Origin: Candidatus Nanoarchaeia archaeon
GTDB taxonomy: Archaea > Nanobdellota > Nanobdellia > Pacearchaeales > GW2011-AR1
Length of the DNA: 64,000 nucleotides
Assembly: GCA_028711165.1 (NCBI GenBank)
Contig: JAQTST010000001.1
Coordinates: 14,708-78,707 of the forward strand
Reading direction: 5' to 3'
Below, piece by piece: positions 25,731 to 35,048 of the stretch. The number at the start of each line of letters is the position of its first letter. Position 1 is the first letter of the stretch. The notes under the pieces were generated by a model, which searched no databases, had not been told where the DNA came from, and saw nothing but the letters and a program-made list of their open reading frames with translations. Made by a program: the position numbers and the translations under genes.

Positions 25731-27014
25731 TTTTCTATTTCCCCTTCTCCGAGGATCAAAACCTGTAATCTCCACAAATTTTTCAAATTCTTTATGATAA
25801 GCATCAATAATTTCTTCTCTGGATAAATCAGGTGTTGAAACAAAACATTCGTCGATAGTTTTTGCTTTTGTAACTGCTTTTTCGTGAGGCATACCATACA
25901 ATGTGATAAAGTCTCTAAATGATTTTCCTGCATATTGTCCATTAGTAAATGGAGAATCATATTTTTCTGTAATAGGAGAACCTGGATAAGGAACAAAAAT
26001 GTTATAACCAAATTTATGCGGTTTAGCTTTCTCCATAAAATTTCTGGTATCCTCAATTGTTTTTTCTGATTCGCCCGGTAAACCAACCATGATAAAAGAA
26101 TTGACAGACATTCCTATCTTCTGAGTTTGCTGAATAAAGTTAATATTATTTTCCACGGTTGTATGTTTATTCATTAATGTTAAAATTTTTTGGCTCCCAG
26201 ATTCAATCCCCACACCAAGTTCGACACAACCAGATTCCAGCATTAACTTGAGTAAATCCTCGTCGGCAGAATTATCTGCTCTTGCATAACATCGATATTT
26301 TAATTTATAGTTCTTTAAGGATTGGGCAACTGAGATTAATCTTTTTTTATTTAAGGTAAAAGAGTCATCTAAAAATAATAATCTATCAAACCCATATTTA
26401 TTGACAAGCATATCAATCTCTTTCATAACAGAGTCGGTATTTACAAAGGAAACTTTTCTGCAATTATTAGCACAAAAGGCACAATCATAAGGGCAACCTC
26501 TCGAGGTAATAATTGTTGCAGCTCTGCCGCCTTCGAGAGGATATCCGTATTCTTTCATATCTAATGCTTCTCTGTCCGGAAAAAAATTGTTGAGTTCTTC
26601 GTTATCCAGATTAACACCTTCAACCACCCCAAATGATTCATTTCCCTGGACAATATTCAAAAGTGCCTTTTCACCTTGTCCCTTAACAACATAATCAAAA
26701 CCGTCTTTTAGTGCTTCATTAATGCATCGGGGAGAAGTTGTATGAGCACCCCCCAAAATAATTTTTGCAGAAGGATTATTTTCCCTTATTCTCTCCAAAA
26801 ATTTTTTAGATTTTGAATACTGGGGGGTTGAAGAAGAAATTCCGTAAAAATCATAATCCCCATTTATATCGTCGGGATTTCCATGAAGACATTTCACTTC
26901 ATAACCATTTTTTTTCAAGAAAGAAGAGAGATATAAAATTCCCAGGGGAGGAAATTCTTTTGGAGTTAATAAAAAATCTTCAAGAGGGGAGATTAATAAT
27001 ATTTTCTTTGACAT
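25725..27014 (-). CDS. class B (B12-binding domain) radical SAM enzyme
   Basis: N-terminal 'ILLISP...' B12-type domain, 'ITSRGCPYDCAFCAN', 'GIESGSQKIL'. Confidence 0.85.
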   Translation of the reverse strand: MSKKILLISPLEDFLLTPKEFPPLGILYLSSFLKKNGYEVKCLHGNPDDINGDYDFYGISSSTPQYSKSKKFLERIRENNPSAKIILGGAHTTSPRCINEALKDGFDYVVKGQGEKALLNIVQGNESFGVVEGVNLDNEELNNFFPDREALDMKEYGYPLEGGRAATIITSRGCPYDCAFCANNCRKVSFVNTDSVMKEIDMLVNKYGFDRLLFLDDSFTLNKKRLISVAQSLKNYKLKYRCYARADNSADEDLLKLMLESGCVELGVGIESGSQKILTLMNKHTTVENNINFIQQTQKIGMSVNSFIMVGLPGESEKTIEDTRNFMEKAKPHKFGYNIFVPYPGSPITEKYDSPFTNGQYAGKSFRDFITLYGMPHEKAVTKAKTIDECFVSTPDLSREEIIDAYHKEFEKFVEITGFDPRRRGNRKS

Positions 27015-27015
27015 T

Positions 27016-28632
27016 TTATACTTTTTTCTTATTAAAATTTTCTATAAATTTTTTTTGATAATCTCTCAAACCTCTTATTTTCGAATAATGCTGATAAGCA
27101 AATTTTTGCATAGCACTGACAACAAAAAAACGCATATGGCAATTCCTGCAGACGAGATTAAATCCGTATGTGAATCTGTTTTTAACAAAACAATTTTTGT
27201 AGGTGATTAGTTCATTACAATGGGGGCATTTGATAGTGAAATCATAAATCTCTTTTTTTGTTTTTTTCATAGTTATTGGCTGAACAAACTTTTGGTATTT
27301 AGCCATAGAATCAAGAATATCTCTTTTCAATTTTTCAACCTCTCCATCAGTCATATTATCTGTCATATTAAACCAATGATCTGTAGAAATTTGATTTCGA
27401 ATAAAATCTTCTTTATTTTTAATGATTCCTTTTCGAATGCAATGATTATAAATTTCACTTCCAGGATAGGGTTTTATAAAACCGAGGCCAACTTGCCCCG
27501 GAGCATTTTTTTCCCACCAACTTAAAGTTTCTTTTGCAGTCTCATTTGTTTCAGCAACATCTCCGAATATAAAATTTGCCTGCACCCCAATTCCTGCTTT
27601 TAATGTATCATGGAAAGTTTTATCTATTTGTTCGGGGGTTATTGGCTTTCTCATGCTTCTTAATACTGCTGGAGAAAAACTTTCAAAACCATAACTTATA
27701 GTCTCAACACCGGCATCTTTCATTGTCCTTAACAAATCATAATCTACGGAAAATACCATTAATTGACATGTCCATTTAATTTCCTGATTGAACTTTTTAG
27801 ATAATTTTTTTAGTTCTTTACAAAATTCGTACACTCTATCTTTAGTAGCAGAGAAACAATCATCATAGATAAGGATGTTATTTATTTTGTAATGTTCTAT
27901 AGCAAATTCTAATTCTTTCATGATATTCTTGATGGATCTTTTTCTATTCTTTTCGGAATGCCAGCAGAAACTACAACTGAAAGGGCATCCTCTGCTTGCT
28001 AACAGAGGGTAAGTTCTTGGGTAATCAAGACAGTTATAAATATAATTGGAATTGCAAAAATTATTTCCAACAAATTTTTCAAATTCCAATCCTCCAAAAT
28101 CGGGGTAGGGAATTGAATCGATGTCCTCTATAAATTCTCTCTTTTCTGTGATTATTGCGTTGCCTTCCTTGTCTAAATAGACTATTCCTTTAATTTTGTT
28201 TAAATCCCCATTAGTCTCAAAACATTTTAATAAATCTAAGATTGTTGCTTCTCCTTCACCAATAACTCCTATATCTGGTTTCAGTAATTTTATCATTAAT
28301 TCTGGTTCGCTTGTTACAATAGGGCCTCCGAGAATGAGTTTTGGTTTGGAGTTGTGATTTTTCACAATGTTTATAATTTTTTCAATAACTGAAAAACCAA
28401 GAGTATTATTACCAGTACAAACAAAATCATATTGTTTTTTTTCTAATGCATTCTGTATTAATTGTTCAATAGTTCCTTCATGATGATTCAAATTTATAAT
28501 ATCCAAATTGTATCCTGCTTTTTTTAAAACTGCAGAAATATAAGCTAATCCAAGAGGGAAGTTATAAGAAAAATTTGCTCTTGTTGTATAATTATATCGG
28601 GGCACGACGAGCAATATCTGGAAATGGTTCAT
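27016..28632 (-). CDS. class B radical SAM enzyme with C-terminal zinc-ribbon (paralog of 49525..51351)
   Basis: 'LASRGCPFSCSFCWH', 'GFESFSPAVLRSM', and C-terminal 'CPHCN...CRNCH'. Confidence 0.85.
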   Translation of the reverse strand: MNHFQILLVVPRYNYTTRANFSYNFPLGLAYISAVLKKAGYNLDIINLNHHEGTIEQLIQNALEKKQYDFVCTGNNTLGFSVIEKIINIVKNHNSKPKLILGGPIVTSEPELMIKLLKPDIGVIGEGEATILDLLKCFETNGDLNKIKGIVYLDKEGNAIITEKREFIEDIDSIPYPDFGGLEFEKFVGNNFCNSNYIYNCLDYPRTYPLLASRGCPFSCSFCWHSEKNRKRSIKNIMKELEFAIEHYKINNILIYDDCFSATKDRVYEFCKELKKLSKKFNQEIKWTCQLMVFSVDYDLLRTMKDAGVETISYGFESFSPAVLRSMRKPITPEQIDKTFHDTLKAGIGVQANFIFGDVAETNETAKETLSWWEKNAPGQVGLGFIKPYPGSEIYNHCIRKGIIKNKEDFIRNQISTDHWFNMTDNMTDGEVEKLKRDILDSMAKYQKFVQPITMKKTKKEIYDFTIKCPHCNELITYKNCFVKNRFTYGFNLVCRNCHMRFFVVSAMQKFAYQHYSKIRGLRDYQKKFIENFNKKKV

Positions 28633-28663
28633 ACGAGAAATTGTTAATATTGATTTATAAAGA

Positions 28664-30178
28664 TTATTGGCGTGTTAATGTTCCTCTAAATATTTGAAAA
28701 TCTTTCTTAGATATTCCGCCGATTAATAGCATAACGAGGATATAGATTAAAATCCCCATAATTATTTCTGATATTCCCATCAGTAAAGTAATCTCTTTTA
28801 TGAGGTAATTATTCAATAAAAATAAAACAGAAAACATTACTATGGAAGCCACAAGCGGCCTAATCCAATCGCCCAAAATTAATTTAAGATTTAATTTTTT
28901 TTTCATCATCAGGATTAACATAATTAAAGCAAAATATCTGCTTATGAGGGTAGCTGTTACTGCACCGACTAATGCCCACAGTGGAGAGAAGACTAGTAAG
29001 GATTTTATCAGAATAAAACTTAATACAATATTGATAAATAAAGAATAGATAGTAATTTTGGTTGTAAATTTTGGCTGTTCTTTTGCTGCAAATATTGTTA
29101 TGATAAAACTTCCGTTAACTGTTTCAATTATTAAAAATGCCATCAAAGATAAAACTATTGAAACTCCGATGTATTGCTCTCCGTAAATAAGGAAGAGTAT
29201 AAATTTTGATAATACCGCAACCCCAAATGCTATCGGGATAGTTAAGATACAAGAATATTTCAAAACAGAGTTCAATGAATGTTCGAGATTATTTTCTTTA
29301 ATCTGAGTAAAAATAGGAAGGAATACTGAATTAAAACTTAATAGTCCTGCAATTCCCCACGTGAAAGCAACTGCTGCACTGTATAATCCAATATATTTTA
29401 TCTCTGGCAAAAAGACTCCAAGCATTAGAATATCTACATAAGAAAAAATTAGTCCTGTTGCGCCACCAATCAGCAAATAATAGAAAAATTTCATAATCTT
29501 TTTTTTATCAGATTTTTCTATCTCCTCCTTATTAAAAAGAAAAAAGGCAAATTTTTTTACATAGAAGAAGACGAAAATTAAAATAAGAATATTAGTCAGA
29601 GTTAACCCCAAAAGAACTCCTTCGATATAATAAACTTTAGCGACGGAGAGAAAAACAATAATTGTTATTAATATCTTAAAAAATTGCTTTACTAATTCTT
29701 TAATCGCTTTTCCTTTTGTATATTTAAAAATATAAAATAAAGAGGAGTAAGAGTTTTCAATTGCTAAAATTAGAATGTAAAATCCGAGAATAAATAGTAA
29801 AGGGAAGAGGAAAGGTTTTTTAAAAATGTACATAGATAAAGGGTATGCTAAAACAAGGAGCAAAAATGAAGCTATGAGAGAAAATATAATTTTTTTTCTG
29901 AAGATAAAATTGAAATAACCTCGTGCAAGTTTGTTATCATTTTTCCCCAATGCATCAGAAACATATCGAATCAAAGTTCCGTCAATTGCATAATCCATAA
30001 AGCTGATAAAAATTAGAGAAACAGTCATTGCCAGGCTATAAGCTCCAAATCCTTCCGGAAGCAAGAATCTCGCAAGGAGTATTGTAAAAATAAATCCTCC
30101 TATCTTTTCTACAATTTTAGAAATTAATTCCCATAAAGAATTCTTGATACTTGTTTTTTTTAATCCTTTTTCTTCCAT
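28664..30178 (-). CDS. MOP-superfamily polysaccharide flippase (Wzx-like)
   Basis: About 500 aa and about 12-14 hydrophobic spans. The N-terminal 'LARFLLPEGFGAYSLAMT' region is typical of polysaccharide biosynthesis (Wzx) proteins. Confidence 0.7.
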   Translation of the reverse strand: MEEKGLKKTSIKNSLWELISKIVEKIGGFIFTILLARFLLPEGFGAYSLAMTVSLIFISFMDYAIDGTLIRYVSDALGKNDNKLARGYFNFIFRKKIIFSLIASFLLLVLAYPLSMYIFKKPFLFPLLFILGFYILILAIENSYSSLFYIFKYTKGKAIKELVKQFFKILITIIVFLSVAKVYYIEGVLLGLTLTNILILIFVFFYVKKFAFFLFNKEEIEKSDKKKIMKFFYYLLIGGATGLIFSYVDILMLGVFLPEIKYIGLYSAAVAFTWGIAGLLSFNSVFLPIFTQIKENNLEHSLNSVLKYSCILTIPIAFGVAVLSKFILFLIYGEQYIGVSIVLSLMAFLIIETVNGSFIITIFAAKEQPKFTTKITIYSLFINIVLSFILIKSLLVFSPLWALVGAVTATLISRYFALIMLILMMKKKLNLKLILGDWIRPLVASIVMFSVLFLLNNYLIKEITLLMGISEIIMGILIYILVMLLIGGISKKDFQIFRGTLTRQ

Positions 30179-31368
30179 AAGTTATGTTTAATACAGATTA
30201 CCTGTTTAAAAAAATTCTCAAGTAATCCTACCTGATTTTCAATGCTCAGAAAATCTCTCGTTTTAAGGATATTTTTTTCAAATTTTGAAGGATTATTTTT
30301 TTTTAATATTTTTTTAAGTTTGTTAAAATTAGATAATTTGATGCCAACCCCACTATCTTCTAAAAATTTTCCTGCGGAAAGATAATAATCGGGATATATT
30401 ACCGGAAGTCCGGCTTCAAGGTAGGAAGGAATTTTATTTCCTGTAGCGTTAGAATATCCTTTTTTGCCAGAGATACAATAACTATAAATTCCATAGTCAT
30501 ATTTTGAAATTTCTTTTGATAATTCTTTTTGGCTTACTGTATCATGAAGCACCAAGAATTTTTTTTTTAAAGAATCTTTTAAAACTTTCATAACTCTTTG
30601 TTTTTCTTCTTTATCTGGAATATTATTTGTCCTGCTGTATAGATGTAAATAAATCCCCTGATTAATTATATTATTAAGTCCTTCAATCCACCCAGAGTCA
30701 TCAGGGACATGCCCCACATAAACCAGATGGATTCCTTTCTGCCTTAAAGATATTTTATTTGTTTTATCGAGGGGAACTGCAAATTCCCCTAAACAATATG
30801 GGAAAAAATAAAATGTCGGACAGGCTATATTTATATCCCCCAGGAGAGTTTTGTTTAAGATATTTAATTCATTCTCGTCTCCTTTGTGAATGATACCATC
30901 AGTATTTTCAAAACAATATTTTTCTGAATTTATTTCAAATTTAGGAACCCCATTAGATAAAGCATCTTTAAGGGAAGGGTATGAAAATGACCTTATATCA
31001 TAAGGGAAATAAATAAAAGGATACTTTTTGAAATATTTTGCAAAGATAGTACACAGCCAGTTTGGGGGAGCTCTTCCTATGATTACATAAGGTTTAAGTT
31101 TTGTTATCTCATATAATGATTTTATTATTGCAGAGAAATTTTTAAGTCCATGGAAAAAAATTTCTGGAAAATTCGAAATATTTATTTTGAAAAATTTAGC
31201 ATTAAATGATATTGTCTTATCATAACTCTCTTTGATAAAATCTCTTTCAATATCGCTGACAAGGCTGATAAAAATAACTTCATATCCTTTTTTCTTAAGT
31301 CCTTTTGCTATTTTTGCAAGAGTATCTGTGGGGGAAGATTCTATAATAACTATCTGTTTTTTTTCCAT
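30160..31368 (-). CDS. divergent GT-B-fold glycosyltransferase-like protein (function uncertain)
   Basis: Rossmann-like N-terminus 'IVIIESSPTDTLAKIAKGLKKKGYEV' and C-terminal 'GNKIPSYLEAGLPVIYP', resembling the GT-B donor-binding region. No strong signature. Confidence 0.4.
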   Translation of the reverse strand: MEKKQIVIIESSPTDTLAKIAKGLKKKGYEVIFISLVSDIERDFIKESYDKTISFNAKFFKINISNFPEIFFHGLKNFSAIIKSLYEITKLKPYVIIGRAPPNWLCTIFAKYFKKYPFIYFPYDIRSFSYPSLKDALSNGVPKFEINSEKYCFENTDGIIHKGDENELNILNKTLLGDINIACPTFYFFPYCLGEFAVPLDKTNKISLRQKGIHLVYVGHVPDDSGWIEGLNNIINQGIYLHLYSRTNNIPDKEEKQRVMKVLKDSLKKKFLVLHDTVSQKELSKEISKYDYGIYSYCISGKKGYSNATGNKIPSYLEAGLPVIYPDYYLSAGKFLEDSGVGIKLSNFNKLKKILKKNNPSKFEKNILKTRDFLSIENQVGLLENFFKQVICIKHNLWKKKD

Positions 31369-31464
31369 GTAATATCCCGAATATCCTTGTTTTTAACCCT
31401 TGCGAAGTTAAATTATATGCTATACAATAAGATTATTTTTAAAGGGTTATGTTGAAATAATAGA
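31369..31464. promoter_or_regulatory. divergent promoter region with two TATA-like boxes
   Basis: 'tttttaac' (31390..31397) lies 22-29 nt upstream of the minus-strand ATG (31368). 'tttttaaag' (31435..31443) lies 22-30 nt upstream of the ATG at 31465. Confidence 0.4.
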
Positions 31465-32514
31465 ATGAGACAAGATTTATACAGCCAATATAAACTGTTA
31501 AAACATTTAGATAGATTAATCGCATGGAGAGATGGAGAAATTGTTTATCCAATTGCTGCAGATTTTAATCTTACAAATAAATGCAATAATAGATGTCCTT
31601 TGTGTGTTAGTTCGGAAAGTAGAGATAATACCACTGTAAATTTTGAAGATGCAAAAAGAATTATTCAAGAATTAAAAGATGTTGGTACAAGGTCTATTTA
31701 TTTTGCCGGAGGAGGAGATCCTACCTGCCATGAAAATCTTGAAGAGATAATAAGACTTACAAAATCTAAAGACATGGATGTTGCGGTTTGCACCAACGGA
31801 TATAAAATGTCCGACGGTGTTATTGATGCAATTGTGGACTGCTGTTCATGGATGAGAATTAGTTTAGATGCTGATGGTCCTGAGATTTATAAGAGAACAC
31901 ATGGAATGTCCAAAGATTCATTTTACAGAGTAATAGAAAACATGAGCAAGTTAGCAATAAAAAAGAGGGAGAAGAATAGCGAGATTGTAATTGGGGCAGC
32001 TTATCTTCTTGGTCCGGAAACAGTATCCGGAATTTATAACGCAGCAGAATTATGCAAAAAAATAGGTATTGATGGAATAAGATTCAGGCCTTTTTTTGAA
32101 TGGATGAATAGTGAAAAGTTTCCAGAAAAAGAGAGAGAAATAATGCTCAGAGAATTTGAATTTTGCAACAGATTAAAAAGTAATAACTTTTCTGTTTCTT
32201 ATCCTGAAGATAGATTACAGGCAGTAGTCACAAAAAAGATAAGGCATTATGATAAATGTTATGTTCCCCATGTTATCACGGCGATATCTGCGGATTTGAA
32301 ATTGTATCCTTGCTGTGTCTTAAGGAATAATCCAAAGTATGTATTGGGAGATTTGAAAGAAAAAAGTTTCAGAGAAATTTGGGAATCGGATGAGAGAAGA
32401 AAAGTTCATGAAAAAATAGATGTCAACGATTGCCCCAATCCCTGCCAATATGAAAAAGACAATAAAATAATGCACGCAGTTATAGAAAAAATAACTCATT
32501 CAAACTTTTTATAA
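31465..32514 (+). CDS. radical SAM protein (tandem paralog A; 'HSNFL-tail' family)
   Basis: 'CNNRCPLC', 'FAGGGDPTCH', C-terminal 'YPCCVL...CPNPC', ends in 'THSNFL'. Confidence 0.85.
   Translation: MRQDLYSQYKLLKHLDRLIAWRDGEIVYPIAADFNLTNKCNNRCPLCVSSESRDNTTVNFEDAKRIIQELKDVGTRSIYFAGGGDPTCHENLEEIIRLTKSKDMDVAVCTNGYKMSDGVIDAIVDCCSWMRISLDADGPEIYKRTHGMSKDSFYRVIENMSKLAIKKREKNSEIVIGAAYLLGPETVSGIYNAAELCKKIGIDGIRFRPFFEWMNSEKFPEKEREIMLREFEFCNRLKSNNFSVSYPEDRLQAVVTKKIRHYDKCYVPHVITAISADLKLYPCCVLRNNPKYVLGDLKEKSFREIWESDERRKVHEKIDVNDCPNPCQYEKDNKIMHAVIEKITHSNFL
31642..32104 (+). repeat. near-identical DNA block, copy 1 (inside radical SAM paralog A)
   Basis: Aligns at a constant +1045 offset to 32687..33149. 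Includes a 122-nt perfect match (31773..31894 = 32818..32939) that I checked base by base. A second block, 32347..32398, equals 33389..33440. Confidence 0.9.
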
Positions 32515-32515
32515 G

Positions 32516-33556
32516 ATGACAGAACTTTATAGCGAATTTAAATTGTTAAAGAATTTAGACAGAGTAGATTACTGGAAAAAAGGAAAAGTAGTTTATCCAA
32601 TTCTTGTTGGAGTCAATCTTACGAATAAATGCAATAATAGATGTCCTTTATGTACTTCGAGAAGAAAAGATAATACAACAATTAGTTTTGAAGATGCAAA
32701 AAGAATTATTCAAGAATTAAAAGATGTTGATGTTAAAGCAGTCGGATATGGCGGAGGAGGAGATCCTACCTGCCATGAAAATCTTGAAGAGATAATAAGA
32801 CTCACAAAATCGAAGGGCATGGATGTTGCGGTTTGCACCAACGGATATAAAATGTCCGACGGTGTTATTGATGCAATTGTGGACTGCTGTTCATGGATGA
32901 GAATTAGTTTAGATGCTGATGGTCCTGAGATTTATAAGAAAACACATGGAATGTCCAAAGATTCATTTTACAGAGTAATAGAAAACATGAGCAAGTTAGC
33001 AATAAAAAAGAGAGCGAAAAATAGCGAGATTGTAATTGGGGCAGCTTATCTTCTTGGTCCGGAAACAGTATCTGGAATTTATAACGCAGCAGAATTATGC
33101 AAAAAAATAGGTATTGATGGAATAAGATTCAGGCCTTTTTTTGAATGGAAAGGGAACAAATTAAAAAAAGAAGAAGGGGATTTTATGTACAGCGAGTTAG
33201 AGAGATGCAAGGAATTAGAAAATAATGATTTTTCTGTATCATTTACCAAGGATAGATGTGAATCTGTTACCGTTGGAAGAGAAAGAAAATATACAAAATG
33301 CAATGTTCATCATTTTAACACGCTGATAACTCCAGATATGAAAATATATCCTTGTTGTATGTTAGAAGATAATCCAGCATATGTATTAGGAGATTTGAAA
33401 GAAAAAAGTTTCAGAGAAATTTGGGAATCGGATGAGAGAAAAAATGCTTATGAAAAGATAAATTTAAGAGATTGTCCTAATCCCTGTATGCTAGAAAAAC
33501 ATAATGAGATATTACATGCATTCAAAGAGAAAATTACTCATTCAAATTTTTTATAA
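32516..33556 (+). CDS. radical SAM protein (tandem paralog B; 'HSNFL-tail' family)
   Basis: 'CNNRCPLC', 'YGGGGDPTCH', 'YPCCML...CPNPC', ends in 'THSNFL'. Starts 1 nt after paralog A's stop. Confidence 0.85.
   Translation: MTELYSEFKLLKNLDRVDYWKKGKVVYPILVGVNLTNKCNNRCPLCTSRRKDNTTISFEDAKRIIQELKDVDVKAVGYGGGGDPTCHENLEEIIRLTKSKGMDVAVCTNGYKMSDGVIDAIVDCCSWMRISLDADGPEIYKKTHGMSKDSFYRVIENMSKLAIKKRAKNSEIVIGAAYLLGPETVSGIYNAAELCKKIGIDGIRFRPFFEWKGNKLKKEEGDFMYSELERCKELENNDFSVSFTKDRCESVTVGRERKYTKCNVHHFNTLITPDMKIYPCCMLEDNPAYVLGDLKEKSFREIWESDERKNAYEKINLRDCPNPCMLEKHNEILHAFKEKITHSNFL
32687..33149 (+). repeat. near-identical DNA block, copy 2 (inside radical SAM paralog B)
   Basis: See copy 1. A 24-nt divergent patch and a handful of single mismatches interrupt otherwise identical sequence. 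Confidence 0.9.
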
Positions 33557-33557
33557 T

Positions 33558-34070
33558 TCAGTTAATCTCATGTTTAATATATTCTATTAACTGGGTTGTA
33601 GATAATTTTTCATCAACAGTAAAGACAATTTTCCCCCCACGAGCTTCTAAGAATTCTTTTATTTTATCAAGAACAGGATCTGTTTTGTTAAGATAATCTT
33701 TTCCTTTGATATAAAAATCGGGTTGAATTAAATCTATTGTAGAGTATTCATTTTCATTGTATAAGACAAAATCAACTGGTTTTAACTGCGCTACCGAATA
33801 TGCTCTTACTTCCTGTGAAAAAACAGGTCTTCCTTTTCTTGATTTTATTTTTTCACTCAAATTATCAGTTGCTATTGCAACAAAGAGGACATCACAAAAA
33901 TTTTTTGCTGATGTTAAATGGGTAATATGTCCGGGGTGCAAGAGATCAAAACTACCGCTGCATAATCCGATTATTTTTTTTTCGTATTTAAGTTCCTGAA
34001 TTTTTTTTACTAATCCATTTTCGGTAAGAATATTGGAAAGCAAATAATAGGAATTATCTGTGTCTATCAT
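33558..34070 (-). CDS. cytidylyltransferase-fold nucleotidyltransferase (second RfaE domain II-like copy)
   Basis: 'GSFDLLHPGHITHL', 'RPVFSQEVRAYSVAQLKPVDFVL'. Collinear with 13746..14261. Confidence 0.7.
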   Translation of the reverse strand: MIDTDNSYYLLSNILTENGLVKKIQELKYEKKIIGLCSGSFDLLHPGHITHLTSAKNFCDVLFVAIATDNLSEKIKSRKGRPVFSQEVRAYSVAQLKPVDFVLYNENEYSTIDLIQPDFYIKGKDYLNKTDPVLDKIKEFLEARGGKIVFTVDEKLSTTQLIEYIKHEIN

Positions 34071-34145
34071 TTAAAATTTATCTCGGAATAATTTATAAGG
34101 ATTATTATGATATTTTGCAAAAAAGTATATAAAGGAGTATTTTGG

Positions 34146-35048
34146 ATGAGATTTATGAGAATCGAAAGCTTAATGAAGAATTGGGAAAATTCACTTGCTT
34201 CTTACGGAACTCCTGGAAATTTTGCTGATGATACTTTGATTAAAACAATTAAAGGGGAAGCACTCCCAATAACTTTATTTGAATCTTCAGGATATGTTAG
34301 AAGAAGAGAATTTATGGATAAGATAAAAAAAGAAAAAATTCAAAATGGCGAAGAGGAAATAAAATGTTTTTTATGTGACAATGTAAGACAGGCAAAATCT
34401 AAGGGAAATAATTTAACTCTTCCTTTTGAAGAATATAAAAATTACATTCTCTGTCCAAACAGATTTCCTTTTGCAAGAGGACATTTTCTCTTAATCAGCA
34501 AATATCATGACAGTTCAGAGATAAAAGTTGGAAATACAATCACTCAAGAATATCTTGACGTAATAAAAAATATCTGTGAAAAATATGACTTGGTTGCAAT
34601 GAGAAATCATAAATTTGCGGGCATGAGCATTCCCGACCATGAACATTGCCATTTAATACCAAGACTATTAAAAGATGAAAAAAATAAAACAGTTTATTGC
34701 GGAGGATTATTAGGTTCAACAAAAAAACCAACTCCATTTAATGATAAGGTTTTTTTCACAGAATCCGATTTAGATACAATAGCATTCGATAAAAGTTTAG
34801 AGAATAATATTATAGAATACTTAAGAAGACTGGAAAAAGAGGATATTATTTTTACATTTGTGAAAGATAATGAGTATTTTTATCTCACCCCCCACCAAAA
34901 GCAATGCAAAGGGATTGGCAGCGGCGACACAATTTATCTGAAAGTGAATCCTTCGGGGGAATCTTTTTCTTATGATTCACATATAAATTTATTAAAAGAA
35001 TCTATTTTTACCAAAGGGGCTTTTCCGTGGCAGAAGTACATTAATTAA
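34146..35048 (+). CDS. HIT-superfamily (GalT/Ap4A-phosphorylase-like) nucleotidyl transferase/hydrolase
   Basis: 'NRFPFARGHFLLISKYH' followed by the histidine triad-like 'PDHEHCHLIP'. The start is uncertain. The ORF opens at 34107, GGAG lies 8 nt before the ATG at 34146, and the ATG at 34155 fits the TATA spacing. Confidence 0.5.
   Translation: MRFMRIESLMKNWENSLASYGTPGNFADDTLIKTIKGEALPITLFESSGYVRRREFMDKIKKEKIQNGEEEIKCFLCDNVRQAKSKGNNLTLPFEEYKNYILCPNRFPFARGHFLLISKYHDSSEIKVGNTITQEYLDVIKNICEKYDLVAMRNHKFAGMSIPDHEHCHLIPRLLKDEKNKTVYCGGLLGSTKKPTPFNDKVFFTESDLDTIAFDKSLENNIIEYLRRLEKEDIIFTFVKDNEYFYLTPHQKQCKGIGSGDTIYLKVNPSGESFSYDSHINLLKESIFTKGAFPWQKYIN

Noticed and set aside
25721-26086. A 121-aa ORF on the same strand as, but in a different frame from, the B12 radical SAM gene 25725..27014.
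   Set aside because: It is an alternative frame of a well-supported gene and has no motifs. The main frame carries the radical SAM signature.
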